DNA of 64,000 nucleotides, taken from the NCBI GenBank assembly GCA_947166405.1, contig CAMVEA010000002.1, forward strand, positions 164 through 64,163, read 5' to 3'. This document shows positions 38,686-47,810 of the stretch, one piece after another. Position 1 is the first letter of the stretch, and each line of letters begins with the position of its first letter. The position numbers and the translations under genes are program-made. This DNA is from an uncultured Candidatus Saccharibacteria bacterium. Its GTDB lineage: Bacteria > Patescibacteriota > Saccharimonadia > Saccharimonadales > Saccharimonadaceae. The notes under the pieces were generated by a model that saw nothing but the letters and a program-made list of their open reading frames with translations, was not told the DNA's origin and searched no databases.

Positions 38686-39566
38686 TACTTGTCCTCCTTC
38701 TTAGCGGACTCTGGCGTCTCAGCCTCTTCTTTCTTAGCCTTACTCTCGGCAGCCTTAGCCTTACTCTCGGCAACTTTACCCTTAGTAGCCTTAGTCTTAT
38801 CTTTAACTACCTCGACTTTAGCTTCAGCAGCAGTCTTTTCTTCAGCCTTAGCTCTAGCCACTTTGGCACTCTTAGAAGCTGTTTTCTTTTCGACAGACTT
38901 CTTAACAGGCTTTTCTGCAGGCTTCTCAGTCACCTTCTCAGAAGACTTCATTTTCGTCTTAGCGCCGACCCATTCGCTGCGTGGAGTCTGCTGGCGCAGC
39001 CCCTCAATCACAGCATAGGCAATATTAACTTTATTGGTACTACCAAGAGACTTTGAAATCAAATTCTTCACACTAGTCAAACCAATAATCGAACGTACCG
39101 TACCACCAGCAATAATACCAGTACCAGGCGCCGCAGGCTTCATTAGTACATCTGCACCAGTCACTTTGGTACGAGTCTCATGGCAAATCGTCTCGCCGTC
39201 CATATTAAATGTAATCATAGCACGCTTCGCCTTAGATGCAGCCTTCGCTACAGCAGTTGTCACGTCATTACCCTTCGCAACACCAACACCAACCTTATTC
39301 TTATGATTGCCGACAGCGACTAAAGCTTTAAACCGCATCCGACGACCACCCGCCACCGTACGCGACACACGATCAACTGCAATCGTAATCTCATCAAATT
39401 CCTTAGGACCAGCATCACCACCACGTCCACGATCACGACGATTCTTGCGCTCAATTCGCTTACCAGAGATATCGCGAGTCTGCCTCGTTGCAGCAGTCTT
39501 ATCGTCCATCTTAAGCGTACCAGACTTATTGATTACTTTTGGGGCTTTTTTATCAGTATCAGCCAT
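38685..39566 (-). CDS. rpsE: 30S ribosomal protein S5 with N-terminal and long Lys/Glu/Ala C-terminal extensions
   Basis: VDRVSRTVAGGRRMRFKALVAVGN, PAAPGTGIIAGG, SKSLGSTN. Confidence 0.97.
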   Translation of the reverse strand: MADTDKKAPKVINKSGTLKMDDKTAATRQTRDISGKRIERKNRRDRGRGGDAGPKEFDEITIAVDRVSRTVAGGRRMRFKALVAVGNHKNKVGVGVAKGNDVTTAVAKAASKAKRAMITFNMDGETICHETRTKVTGADVLMKPAAPGTGIIAGGTVRSIIGLTSVKNLISKSLGSTNKVNIAYAVIEGLRQQTPRSEWVGAKTKMKSSEKVTEKPAEKPVKKSVEKKTASKSAKVARAKAEEKTAAEAKVEVVKDKTKATKGKVAESKAKAAESKAKKEEAETPESAKKEDK

Positions 39567-39568
39567 AA

Positions 39569-39898
39569 TTAAAACTCCAATCCTTCTTTACGAGCCGCAT
39601 CGGCAAGCGCCGACATCCGTCCCGCATATAATTTAGAACCACGATCAAACACGACCTTAGAAATCTTAGCAGTTTTTGCCTTCTTGGCAATCTCCGTTCC
39701 GATTTCAGTAGCTTTTTCGACCTTCGACCCAGTAAGTTTACTACCAACCGTAGTCGCATAAGCCAAAGTAGTTCCTTTATCATCATCAATTATTTGAGCT
39801 GTAATATGTTGGTTCGAAAAATGAACCGATAGCCTCGGACGCTCAGCCGTACCATGAATCTTGGCACGAGTACGCTTTGCTCTATAAACCTTATTCAT
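39569..39898 (-). CDS. rplR: 50S ribosomal protein L18
   Basis: RPRLSVHFSNQHITAQIIDD, VVFDRG...GR..ALADAARKEGL. Confidence 0.97.
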   Translation of the reverse strand: MNKVYRAKRTRAKIHGTAERPRLSVHFSNQHITAQIIDDDKGTTLAYATTVGSKLTGSKVEKATEIGTEIAKKAKTAKISKVVFDRGSKLYAGRMSALADAARKEGLEF

Positions 39899-40434
39899 TA
39901 TTTCTTACCTGCCTTTCCAGCCTTGCGGATAATTACTTCATCCACATACTTTATACCTTTACCCTTATATGGCTCAGGCTTCTTAAGGGCGCGAATTTCT
40001 GCAGCAACTTGACCAACTTTTTGCTTGTCAATACCCGAAACAGTAATTTCCATCTTGTTTGTAGCAAGCTGGACACCTTCAGGCGCCTTGTATTTCACTG
40101 GATGTGAAAACCCAAGTGCCATCTCAATCTCCTGACCACCGCCAGAAAGACGAAATCCTACACCGTTAATTTCTAATTTTTTCTCGTAGCCCTTAGTTAC
40201 GCCGACCACCGCATTATACAGAAGTGCTCTCTGTAAACCATGCCAAGCACGAGATTTCGGCTCGTCATCCTCGCGGGTGACCGTAGCCGTAGTTCCCTCA
40301 ACCGTGACCTTAGTCTTCGGCTGCACCGGCACAATGAGCTGACCCTTAGGGCCTGCAACAGTGATCTCACTATCGCCGACCGTAATTGTCACTCCCGCCG
40401 GAATTTCGATGGGTTGTTTTCCGATTCGACTCAT
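39898..40434 (-). CDS. rplF: 50S ribosomal protein L6
   Basis: MSRIGKQPI, VAGPKG, LGFSHPV, PEPYKGKGI. Confidence 0.98.
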   Translation of the reverse strand: MSRIGKQPIEIPAGVTITVGDSEITVAGPKGQLIVPVQPKTKVTVEGTTATVTREDDEPKSRAWHGLQRALLYNAVVGVTKGYEKKLEINGVGFRLSGGGQEIEMALGFSHPVKYKAPEGVQLATNKMEITVSGIDKQKVGQVAAEIRALKKPEPYKGKGIKYVDEVIIRKAGKAGKK

Positions 40435-40463
40435 ATTTTTCCTTTACGTTTAATATCCATCCC

Positions 40464-40492
40464 ATTATATCATATATCATCAAAAAAGTAAA
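40464..40492 (-). promoter_or_regulatory. Dedicated promoter upstream of rplF
   Basis: TTTACT-17 nt-TATAAT with extended -10 TG, about 30 nt upstream of the rplF start; AAGGA SD. Confidence 0.7.
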
Positions 40493-40518
40493 TGCCCGTG
40501 ACGCAACCGCATAACCAA

Positions 40519-41235
40519 TTATTTCTTACCATCGTCCAAGATTAACTGTGGGTTAGTTGTCGTCAAGAGCGCTAGCTCACGTTCATTATAATACCGCGAA
40601 GCCTTCTTTAAACCCTCAGTCAACGAATTACGAGGCCCAGCCCGATGCGTATCACTTGCGAGCAGATAAATCATTTTTTTCTTTGCCATCTTTTTCACCA
40701 AATGCTCCGCTCCAGGCCCATATTTCCCGATAAAACTTCGAATATTAGACTGAAATAAAACCCCCATATCATAAAGGACAAGCAATGCATCATAATCTTC
40801 CTGAAATAAAGCATATCTTTCCGGATGCGCTAACACTACTTTATAACCCTTATCAATCAATTCACGGAAATACCACTCGCAACGCATAGTCTCTTCGTTC
40901 AGAGAAAGTTCTATCAACAAATACCGACTACCCGCCAAAGACGTCAACTCACCAGCCTTAATCAATTCTTCAATATTTTCAGTATAAAATATCTCATTTC
41001 CCAAGTACAAATTAACATCAATGCCTTCAGCATCTAACCTGTTCTTAAGCTCCTCTAATAATTTATAATTAGCATTTATCGGCGAATTATAATCAGTCTC
41101 GTAAATATAATGTGGCGTAGCTACGATATCAGTCATTCCTTGCCGGACCAACCACTTGATTGCATCAATACTCTCATTAATATTCTCTGCTCCATCATCC
41201 ACGCCCGGCAGAAAATGTGAATGTAAATCTATCAT
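40519..41235 (-). CDS. CpsB/Wzh-type PHP-family protein-tyrosine phosphatase
   Basis: MIDLHSHFLPGVDDGA, ATPH, LAHPERY, ASDTH. Confidence 0.93.
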   Translation of the reverse strand: MIDLHSHFLPGVDDGAENINESIDAIKWLVRQGMTDIVATPHYIYETDYNSPINANYKLLEELKNRLDAEGIDVNLYLGNEIFYTENIEELIKAGELTSLAGSRYLLIELSLNEETMRCEWYFRELIDKGYKVVLAHPERYALFQEDYDALLVLYDMGVLFQSNIRSFIGKYGPGAEHLVKKMAKKKMIYLLASDTHRAGPRNSLTEGLKKASRYYNERELALLTTTNPQLILDDGKK

Positions 41236-42605
41236 TCTTTACTGGAATACCCGTAATAGTAATAACTGTTATAATATTTCGTCGCTTTGCGGTCCACCAT
41301 ATTAAAGACTATACCCGCAACATTTGCGCCCACCTTATCAAGAGACTCCTTCACACTCATCAAATCCGCTTTTGAGGTTTTTCCATCCTTCACGACAATC
41401 AATGTCTCATCCATATAGCTCGAAAGAATCACCGAGTCCGCCAAGCCGCCCACAGGAGCACCATCAAATATGATGACATCATAACGTCGCTTTAATTTCT
41501 CAATCACTTGCTTGTTCTTCTTCGAAGCCAAAAGCTCACTCGGATTCGGCGGATAAGTACCGCAAGTTATCACGTCCAAATTCTTAATTCTGGTTGGCTG
41601 AATATAACTATCAAAATCCTTCAAATCACTCGTCAGCAAGTTCGATAAGCCCCTCGTGTTTGGCAATCTAAACAACCTGTGCAACCGCCCTTTCCTCAAA
41701 TCACAGTCTACCAGCAATACCTTCTTATCCGCCTGCGCAAAAGAAGTTGCAAGGTTCGACGACACAAAGCTCTTCCCCTCACTCGCATTCGTACTCGTAA
41801 TCAGAATAGTCTTAATCTCCTTATCGACCGAGGTAAATTGCAAATTCGTACGCAAGCTCTTGATATTCTCGCTCACTATCGCCTTCGGTGATTTCTCGAC
41901 AATCAATTCGCTGTCATCATTCCGTCGCCTTCCAGCATCACCCCTCAGTATTAATCCAGTAACCGGCAAGCCAATCGTCTTCTCGGCGTCATCGCCATGT
42001 TTTACCGTATCATCCAAGTAGAATCTCAGGAAAGCAAAGCCCGCCACCGCCAAAATCGCAATCATCGCCGCTAGCACCACATCACGCGTCAAAGATTTAT
42101 TAGCCGGAGCTTCCGGCACCGAAGCCACACTTAGTTGCTTGACATTTTCGATGTTATAAAGCGACACTACCTCAGAAGAAAACACTTTTGCAATCTCATT
42201 AGCAATCGCCGTCGCACGACGCGCATCGGGATTCTTGACCTTGATGCTCAAAATAGAAGTATCCTCAATCGGCTGAATCGTCAAATCACGACTGAGAGCT
42301 TTAGCATCAGTACGAAGCCCCAGATTATTAATCACTTGGTTTAGCACCAACTCACTTTTTGCAATCTCGCCATAAGTCGACACTAGCTTCTGACTCATAT
42401 TTACGTCAGTATAAGCCGCCGTACCACCTTCATTCGCAGCATCCGCCTTCGCTACCACCACTGTCGTTTGCGCTTGATAGATCGGAGTTTTAAACATTAA
42501 ATTATAAACTACCACTCCGCCAACCGCCAGAACAATCAATACAATAAAAGCAATAATGTATTTTTTAAGATAAATAAAAAAGTCTTTAATATTTATTTCT
42601 TCCAT
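41232..42605 (-). CDS. Fused CpsC-CpsD (Wzz chain-length regulator + BY-kinase)
   Basis: Two-TM Wzz part, then LRTNLQF, STNASEGKS Walker A, VDCDLRK, DGAP and C-terminal Tyr cluster YYNSYYYYGY. Confidence 0.93.
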   Translation of the reverse strand: MEEINIKDFFIYLKKYIIAFIVLIVLAVGGVVVYNLMFKTPIYQAQTTVVVAKADAANEGGTAAYTDVNMSQKLVSTYGEIAKSELVLNQVINNLGLRTDAKALSRDLTIQPIEDTSILSIKVKNPDARRATAIANEIAKVFSSEVVSLYNIENVKQLSVASVPEAPANKSLTRDVVLAAMIAILAVAGFAFLRFYLDDTVKHGDDAEKTIGLPVTGLILRGDAGRRRNDDSELIVEKSPKAIVSENIKSLRTNLQFTSVDKEIKTILITSTNASEGKSFVSSNLATSFAQADKKVLLVDCDLRKGRLHRLFRLPNTRGLSNLLTSDLKDFDSYIQPTRIKNLDVITCGTYPPNPSELLASKKNKQVIEKLKRRYDVIIFDGAPVGGLADSVILSSYMDETLIVVKDGKTSKADLMSVKESLDKVGANVAGIVFNMVDRKATKYYNSYYYYGYSSKE

Positions 42606-42689
42606 TAATTTAATCTCCTTATCTTATTATAACATAAGCTACGTTTTTTTAAACCACAAATAAGTTGTTTCACCACACCAGGCATCACC

Positions 42690-44939
42690 CTATTCCGCCC
42701 TCATAGTTGTAGTTAAATCTGCATTAGGATTAGTTGAAGTCGTATTGTTAACTGTTCCAGAAGCATTCGAATCCTCATCAACCGATTCATCATTCAGTGT
42801 ATCAACCATGCTAGGACTGCCCCCATCAACCTCGTCAACATTACCCTCACCGGTCGGGTCCAAATCAGTTTCGCCATCGCTTTCCTTCTTTATTGATTCT
42901 TTATTAGTTGTAGGGGATGTACCAAGATATTCATAAATCTTATTCCTCGCATTCTTCACCGTTTCTTCCGACGGAATCATCACATACAATAATCTATTGG
43001 CACCCATACTATAAGTTGGCTCATAGGTACCAGTCCCATCAACCGCAATTGATTCGACCTGCCACTTGATATTATTCAAAAGCTGCATTCTTACGAAAGA
43101 CGAAACATTATCACGCGAGAAGGTAGTTTCAAACGAATCACCCGCAATGTCGAGTATGGTTGGAATTCTTAGCAAATAATCCCGCGAGCTACCCAAGCGC
43201 CCAATGATACTGGTAATCACTTGTTGTTGGTTTTCACCACGATGACGATCACCGGTTTCGTATGATTTACGCTCACGTGCGAACCGAAGCGCACAGTTCC
43301 CATCAACGTGCTGTATACCTTCTGTGAAATGGCACCTCGCCCCATTTTCACCCGTCAGATTCATCTCTCTATCCGACTCAATATCAATACCGTCCAGCTG
43401 GTCCACTGTCTTAATCACCGTCTCGAAGCTCACCTTAATCGTATAATCAATCTCAATACCAAGGAAATCTTCAATCGTATTCTTACTCATATCAATGCCG
43501 TACACACCAGCATGAGTCAGCTTATCCTTGAGCCCAGTTGTATTATGTAGCTGCACATAAGTATCACGGGGGATGGATACCAACAGGATCTTGCTTTCTT
43601 TCGGGTTCACTACCGCCACAATATTAACGTCCGAACGTGCCGTAGTCTTAACGCCAGTTCGCGAATCACTCCCCGAAATCAACACCGTAAATGGCTCAGC
43701 GGTAATCTCCTTGTCTACCACATCAACGATTTTATCATCTGATTCTATTTCAAAAGTATAAATCACACGGATTCTCTTTGCGAACTCATCCTCATTCTCA
43801 TTAAACATTTCCAAACGATCACTCTCAAGCACCATCGCATTTGCGATATCGCTAGCTAATGCATCCATCATGATATCAATATTATCGTAATAATCTGCAT
43901 CAAAGCTCACCTGAGTCTGCAAATGTTGCTCTGCCTTAGTAGCCATAGAATCAGTCTTGATAAATCCAACATGCTTATCCTTGATCTGGTTAAGATTCTG
44001 AATCACGCCCTCTTCCATCACAGCTACACTGTACTGCCTTCTCTCCGGATGGTACCCAGTCACTTTATTCAAAAACCCATTATAAGCAAACATGTAACGC
44101 AAAGCAAATCCTATTACCACCACCAACAATACTCCCACTACCGACAAGATGAGTTTCTTCTTTAAATTACCATTAGAGGCTCTTCTGGTATTTCTACGAT
44201 TTTTCTTAGGATGCTCGATGTCAACTATCCTTTCCAATTTAGTATTAGGCATTTCAATCTTCGAATTGGCCTTCTTTGATTCAATAGCACCTACATTTCC
44301 ATCCTTCTCATCCTTTTTCTTGGCAACATTCAGCTTAACACCACTTGCCTCACCACCCGACTTCACATCAATTGCTTCAGCAACGCTTACCTTGTTTTTT
44401 GACGGCTTAATAGTTCGCGGCTTAGACTTAGTAGATTCGGCAGATTTGGCAGATTTGGCAGATTTAGTGGATTTAACAGCATTAGCGACTTTAGACTCTT
44501 TCTCAGCCACCTCAGCAACTACTGGCTCCGCCACCTTAGTAGCATCAGATTTAGTATCAACAGTACCAGCAATTTTCGACTTCACATCAATTGCTTCAGC
44601 AGCTATTGGCTCTGCCGCCTTAGAAGCATCCAATTTAGCATCAACAGTACCAGCAATTTTCGACTTCACATCAATCACCTCAGTGATCTCGGGCTCAATA
44701 TCAGTTACCTTAACGGTCTTAGACTTAGTACGGCTCAGCTTAGTCGCTTGCGATTCTTCTACCTTCGGCTTGCCAGAGTTTAATCTGCTTGCTTGCATTA
44801 AACGACTCGACCTACGTACTCTTCTCGTATTCTTTAGTCCACTTACCTGCATCGAACGCCCTTGTTTTCGTGCTTTTTTCGACACCTTCAATTTATCCGG
44901 CTGCCCCGAGTCAGGATCATTGCTTACTTTAATATCCAT
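42690..44939 (-). CDS. LCP (LytR-CpsA-Psr) family protein with ~260-aa disordered cytoplasmic N-terminus
   Basis: LISGSDSR, RSDVNI, LVSIPRDTYV, KLTHAG, ALRFARER...GDRHRGENQQ. Confidence 0.92.
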   Translation of the reverse strand: MDIKVSNDPDSGQPDKLKVSKKARKQGRSMQVSGLKNTRRVRRSSRLMQASRLNSGKPKVEESQATKLSRTKSKTVKVTDIEPEITEVIDVKSKIAGTVDAKLDASKAAEPIAAEAIDVKSKIAGTVDTKSDATKVAEPVVAEVAEKESKVANAVKSTKSAKSAKSAESTKSKPRTIKPSKNKVSVAEAIDVKSGGEASGVKLNVAKKKDEKDGNVGAIESKKANSKIEMPNTKLERIVDIEHPKKNRRNTRRASNGNLKKKLILSVVGVLLVVVIGFALRYMFAYNGFLNKVTGYHPERRQYSVAVMEEGVIQNLNQIKDKHVGFIKTDSMATKAEQHLQTQVSFDADYYDNIDIMMDALASDIANAMVLESDRLEMFNENEDEFAKRIRVIYTFEIESDDKIVDVVDKEITAEPFTVLISGSDSRTGVKTTARSDVNIVAVVNPKESKILLVSIPRDTYVQLHNTTGLKDKLTHAGVYGIDMSKNTIEDFLGIEIDYTIKVSFETVIKTVDQLDGIDIESDREMNLTGENGARCHFTEGIQHVDGNCALRFARERKSYETGDRHRGENQQQVITSIIGRLGSSRDYLLRIPTILDIAGDSFETTFSRDNVSSFVRMQLLNNIKWQVESIAVDGTGTYEPTYSMGANRLLYVMIPSEETVKNARNKIYEYLGTSPTTNKESIKKESDGETDLDPTGEGNVDEVDGGSPSMVDTLNDESVDEDSNASGTVNNTTSTNPNADLTTTMRAE
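44358..44675. repeat. Internal coding repeats in the LCP N-terminus
   Basis: 36-bp identical block at 44556-44591 and 44640-44675 (84-bp period); 25-bp block at 44358-44382 and 44577-44601; 9-bp GATTTGGCA tandem near 44440-44465. Confidence 0.85.
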
Positions 44940-45243
44940 TATTTAATCTTACTCCACATAAAATTACTAACCTTCCATATATTTTATATTATTTTTCACA
45001 TTTAGTCAACAAAACTTAAGCGTTTTTCCACAGAAAAATAAATGGCGCCCAAGCTCTTCGTACCCTTATTCGTATTAAAGTTTTTTCGGTACAATATACA
45101 TAACATGAAACCAGACTGCAAAAAGATTGTCCAAATGATTAGCTACTTAGCCCATCAACAGGACAACGGCAATCCAGTTCCCGAACCCAAAAACATCATA
45201 TTAAACCGGGCTACTACTTCGCAATCTATCAATAAGTACGATA

Positions 45244-46428
45244 TTAATCTCTCGCAAACAAATCCCTTGTGTAAACAATATCTGATACGTCACGTATTTC
45301 ATCTTCCAATCGATTCGCAATTATTATGTCACTCCGTTTTACAAAACTATCATAGTCATTTTCTATCTCAAAGCCATTAAACTTCTTCTCAGTAATAGTT
45401 GGTTCATAAATAATCACCTTCACCCCTTCACCACGCAAATGTTTAATCACATCCTGAATAGCAGATGAACGGAAATTATCCGACCCACTCTTCATTGTCA
45501 GGCGAAACACCCCCACAGTTTCTGGCTGACGCTTTAGTATATCTTTTGCAATAAATTCTTTGCGAATCTTATTAGCTTGCACAATAGCTCTAATCAAATC
45601 CTGCGGCACACCACGATAATTCGCCAAAAGCTGCTTCGTGTCCTTAGGTAAGCAGTACCCACCGTATCCAAAAGAAGGATTGTTGTAATGCGTACCAATC
45701 CTCGGATCAAGACAAACACCATCAATAATCGCCTTAGCATTCAAGCCTTTAACCTGCGCATAAGTATCCAACTCGTTAAAATAAGAGACCCTCAAAGCCA
45801 AATAAGTATTGGCAAATAGTTTAATCGCCTCAGCTTCAGTTGGCGGCACAAATAATACAGGCACATCTTCCTTAAGTGCGGAATCTTTCAATAATTCAGC
45901 AAATTCCTTGGCCTTATCAGAATCATCTCCTATTACAATACGTGAAGGATATAAATTATCATAAAGCGCTTTCCCCTCCCGCAAAAACTCCGGTGAAAAG
46001 AAAATATTATCGATCTTATATTCTTCGCGAATACGCTCAACATAACCAACCGGCACAGTAGATTTAATCACCATAGTAATATTATCGTCTTTCATACGTA
46101 TTACTTTTTTGATGATATCTTCCACAGCCGACGTATCAAATGCATTCGTCTCATCATCATAATTAGTGGGCGTTGCAATTATTACAAATTTTGCATCCTT
46201 CATCGCATCCTTATAATCAGTAGTACTACGAATATTGAGTTTGCGCTCACCATTCTTTGTTTCATTAAAGTATTTCTCGATATATTCATCGCGTATTGGC
46301 GATACTAAATTATTAATCATGTCCGCCTTGGCTTGGTCTTTTTCTAAAACTACCACCTTATGATTTTGTGAAATCAAGGTCGCCAAAGACAAACCAACAT
46401 AACCACCCCCTGCAACTGTTATTTTCAT
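45244..46428 (-). CDS. ugd: UDP-glucose 6-dehydrogenase
   Basis: AGGGYVG, SPEFLREG, EAIKLFANTYLALRV, GYGGYCLPKD. Confidence 0.95.
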   Translation of the reverse strand: MKITVAGGGYVGLSLATLISQNHKVVVLEKDQAKADMINNLVSPIRDEYIEKYFNETKNGERKLNIRSTTDYKDAMKDAKFVIIATPTNYDDETNAFDTSAVEDIIKKVIRMKDDNITMVIKSTVPVGYVERIREEYKIDNIFFSPEFLREGKALYDNLYPSRIVIGDDSDKAKEFAELLKDSALKEDVPVLFVPPTEAEAIKLFANTYLALRVSYFNELDTYAQVKGLNAKAIIDGVCLDPRIGTHYNNPSFGYGGYCLPKDTKQLLANYRGVPQDLIRAIVQANKIRKEFIAKDILKRQPETVGVFRLTMKSGSDNFRSSAIQDVIKHLRGEGVKVIIYEPTITEKKFNGFEIENDYDSFVKRSDIIIANRLEDEIRDVSDIVYTRDLFARD

Positions 46429-46485
46429 TATTTATATCTCCTATATTATATATTAATATCTTTTTTCAAAAATGTCAAGTTAACC

Positions 46486-47535
46486 TTATCCGTAGAACTC
46501 CTTATACCATTCCGCAAACTTTCTTAAGCCATCACGCAGTTTCGTATGCGGTCGAAATCCAAAATCCTTCTCCAATGCAGAAGTATCCGCATATGTTACA
46601 GGAACATCACCAGGCTGCATCGCCACCAATTCCTTATGTGCATCAAAGTCATAATCCTCTGGCAAGACCTTGGCACGAATCAACTCTTCTTGCAATATCT
46701 GCACGAAATCTAACAAGTTTTCTGGATTTGAATTCCCGATATTATATATAGCATAGGGCGCCAATGGTAACCCATCTTCACCATCACGCTTCTGAGGCGC
46801 CTTCGCCATTACTCTCATCACCCCCTCAACAATATCATCAATATAAGTAAAGTCACGTTTACAATTTCCATAATTGAAAATCTGAATCTTCTCGCCTTTT
46901 ATTAATTTATTCGTAAAACCAAAGTATGCCATATCTGGACGTCCCGCTGGACCATACACAGTGAAAAAACGAAGACCTGTCGATGGTATATTATATAATT
47001 TAGAATATGCATGTGCAAGTAGCTCATTTGATTTTTTGGTTGCAGCGTATAAACTTACTGGATTATCGACCTTATCATCCACCGCAAAAGGAACCTTTTT
47101 ATTCCCACCATAGACCGAGGATGACGACGCATAGACCAAATGTTCCGGAGTGTAATGTCGACAAGCTTCCAAAATATTATAAAAACCAATCAAATTCGCT
47201 TCAATATACACATCAGGATGTTCAATACTATATCTCACTCCAGCCTGCGCCGCAAGATTTACTACGATGTCTGGATGATATTCTTTAAACAAATTTTCCA
47301 CAACTTTTTTATCCGCAAGATTTCCCCTTACAAAAATAAAATTCTTAAATTTCGTCAGATTTTCTAACCGATATTCCTTTAACCTCACGTCATAATAATC
47401 GTTAACACTATCTAGCCCAATCACCTTCGCTTCTGGGTTTTCCTCACACACCTTCTTTACTAAAGCCGCACCAATAAATCCCGCCGCACCAGTAATTAGT
47501 ATTGTCTTATTATAATAATAAACCGTATAATCCAT
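46486..47535 (-). CDS. NAD-dependent epimerase (UDP-glucuronate 4-epimerase/CapI-like)
   Basis: TGAAGFIG, NLAAQAGVRYS, YASSSSVYG, YAATK, GLRFFTVYGP. Start MDYTV at 47535. Confidence 0.92.
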   Translation of the reverse strand: MDYTVYYYNKTILITGAAGFIGAALVKKVCEENPEAKVIGLDSVNDYYDVRLKEYRLENLTKFKNFIFVRGNLADKKVVENLFKEYHPDIVVNLAAQAGVRYSIEHPDVYIEANLIGFYNILEACRHYTPEHLVYASSSSVYGGNKKVPFAVDDKVDNPVSLYAATKKSNELLAHAYSKLYNIPSTGLRFFTVYGPAGRPDMAYFGFTNKLIKGEKIQIFNYGNCKRDFTYIDDIVEGVMRVMAKAPQKRDGEDGLPLAPYAIYNIGNSNPENLLDFVQILQEELIRAKVLPEDYDFDAHKELVAMQPGDVPVTYADTSALEKDFGFRPHTKLRDGLRKFAEWYKEFYG

Positions 47536-47570
47536 AACACAAATTATACCATGAAAGATAATATAACACA

Positions 47571-47761
47571 AATCTAATCCCTACATTTGTTGTTATTCCG
47601 TAATAATGTCATAGTAGATTGTTTTATCAAAATGTCACCCCACTAATAATCCTTTCTAGAAGAGATTATATCAAACAATATCTTCTATTTTAGTTGTTTT
47701 AATTATTGTAGCCGATGCAGGTGACATTTTTAGAAAACGTTGACAATCTAATCCCTACATT
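47571..47761. repeat. 17-bp direct repeats enclosing 11-bp inverted repeats
   Basis: AATCTAATCCCTACATT at 47571-47587 and 47745-47761; AAAATGTCACC (47629-47639) and GGTGACATTTT (47720-47730). Confidence 0.85.
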
Positions 47762-47810
47762 CAATCATAAAACACAATTATTAAACTTATACTGTTCTTA
47801 ACAGGGCTTA

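Noticed and set aside
44358-44675. Spaced 36-bp repeats as a CRISPR array
   Set aside because: Only two copies, in frame within the LCP coding region, with related intervening sequence and no cas genes.
45043-45065. Minus-strand GGGTACGAAGAGCTTGGGCGCCA as a tRNA 3' fragment (att site)
   Set aside because: The T-arm does not pair and lacks GTTCRA; only the CCA-like end matches.
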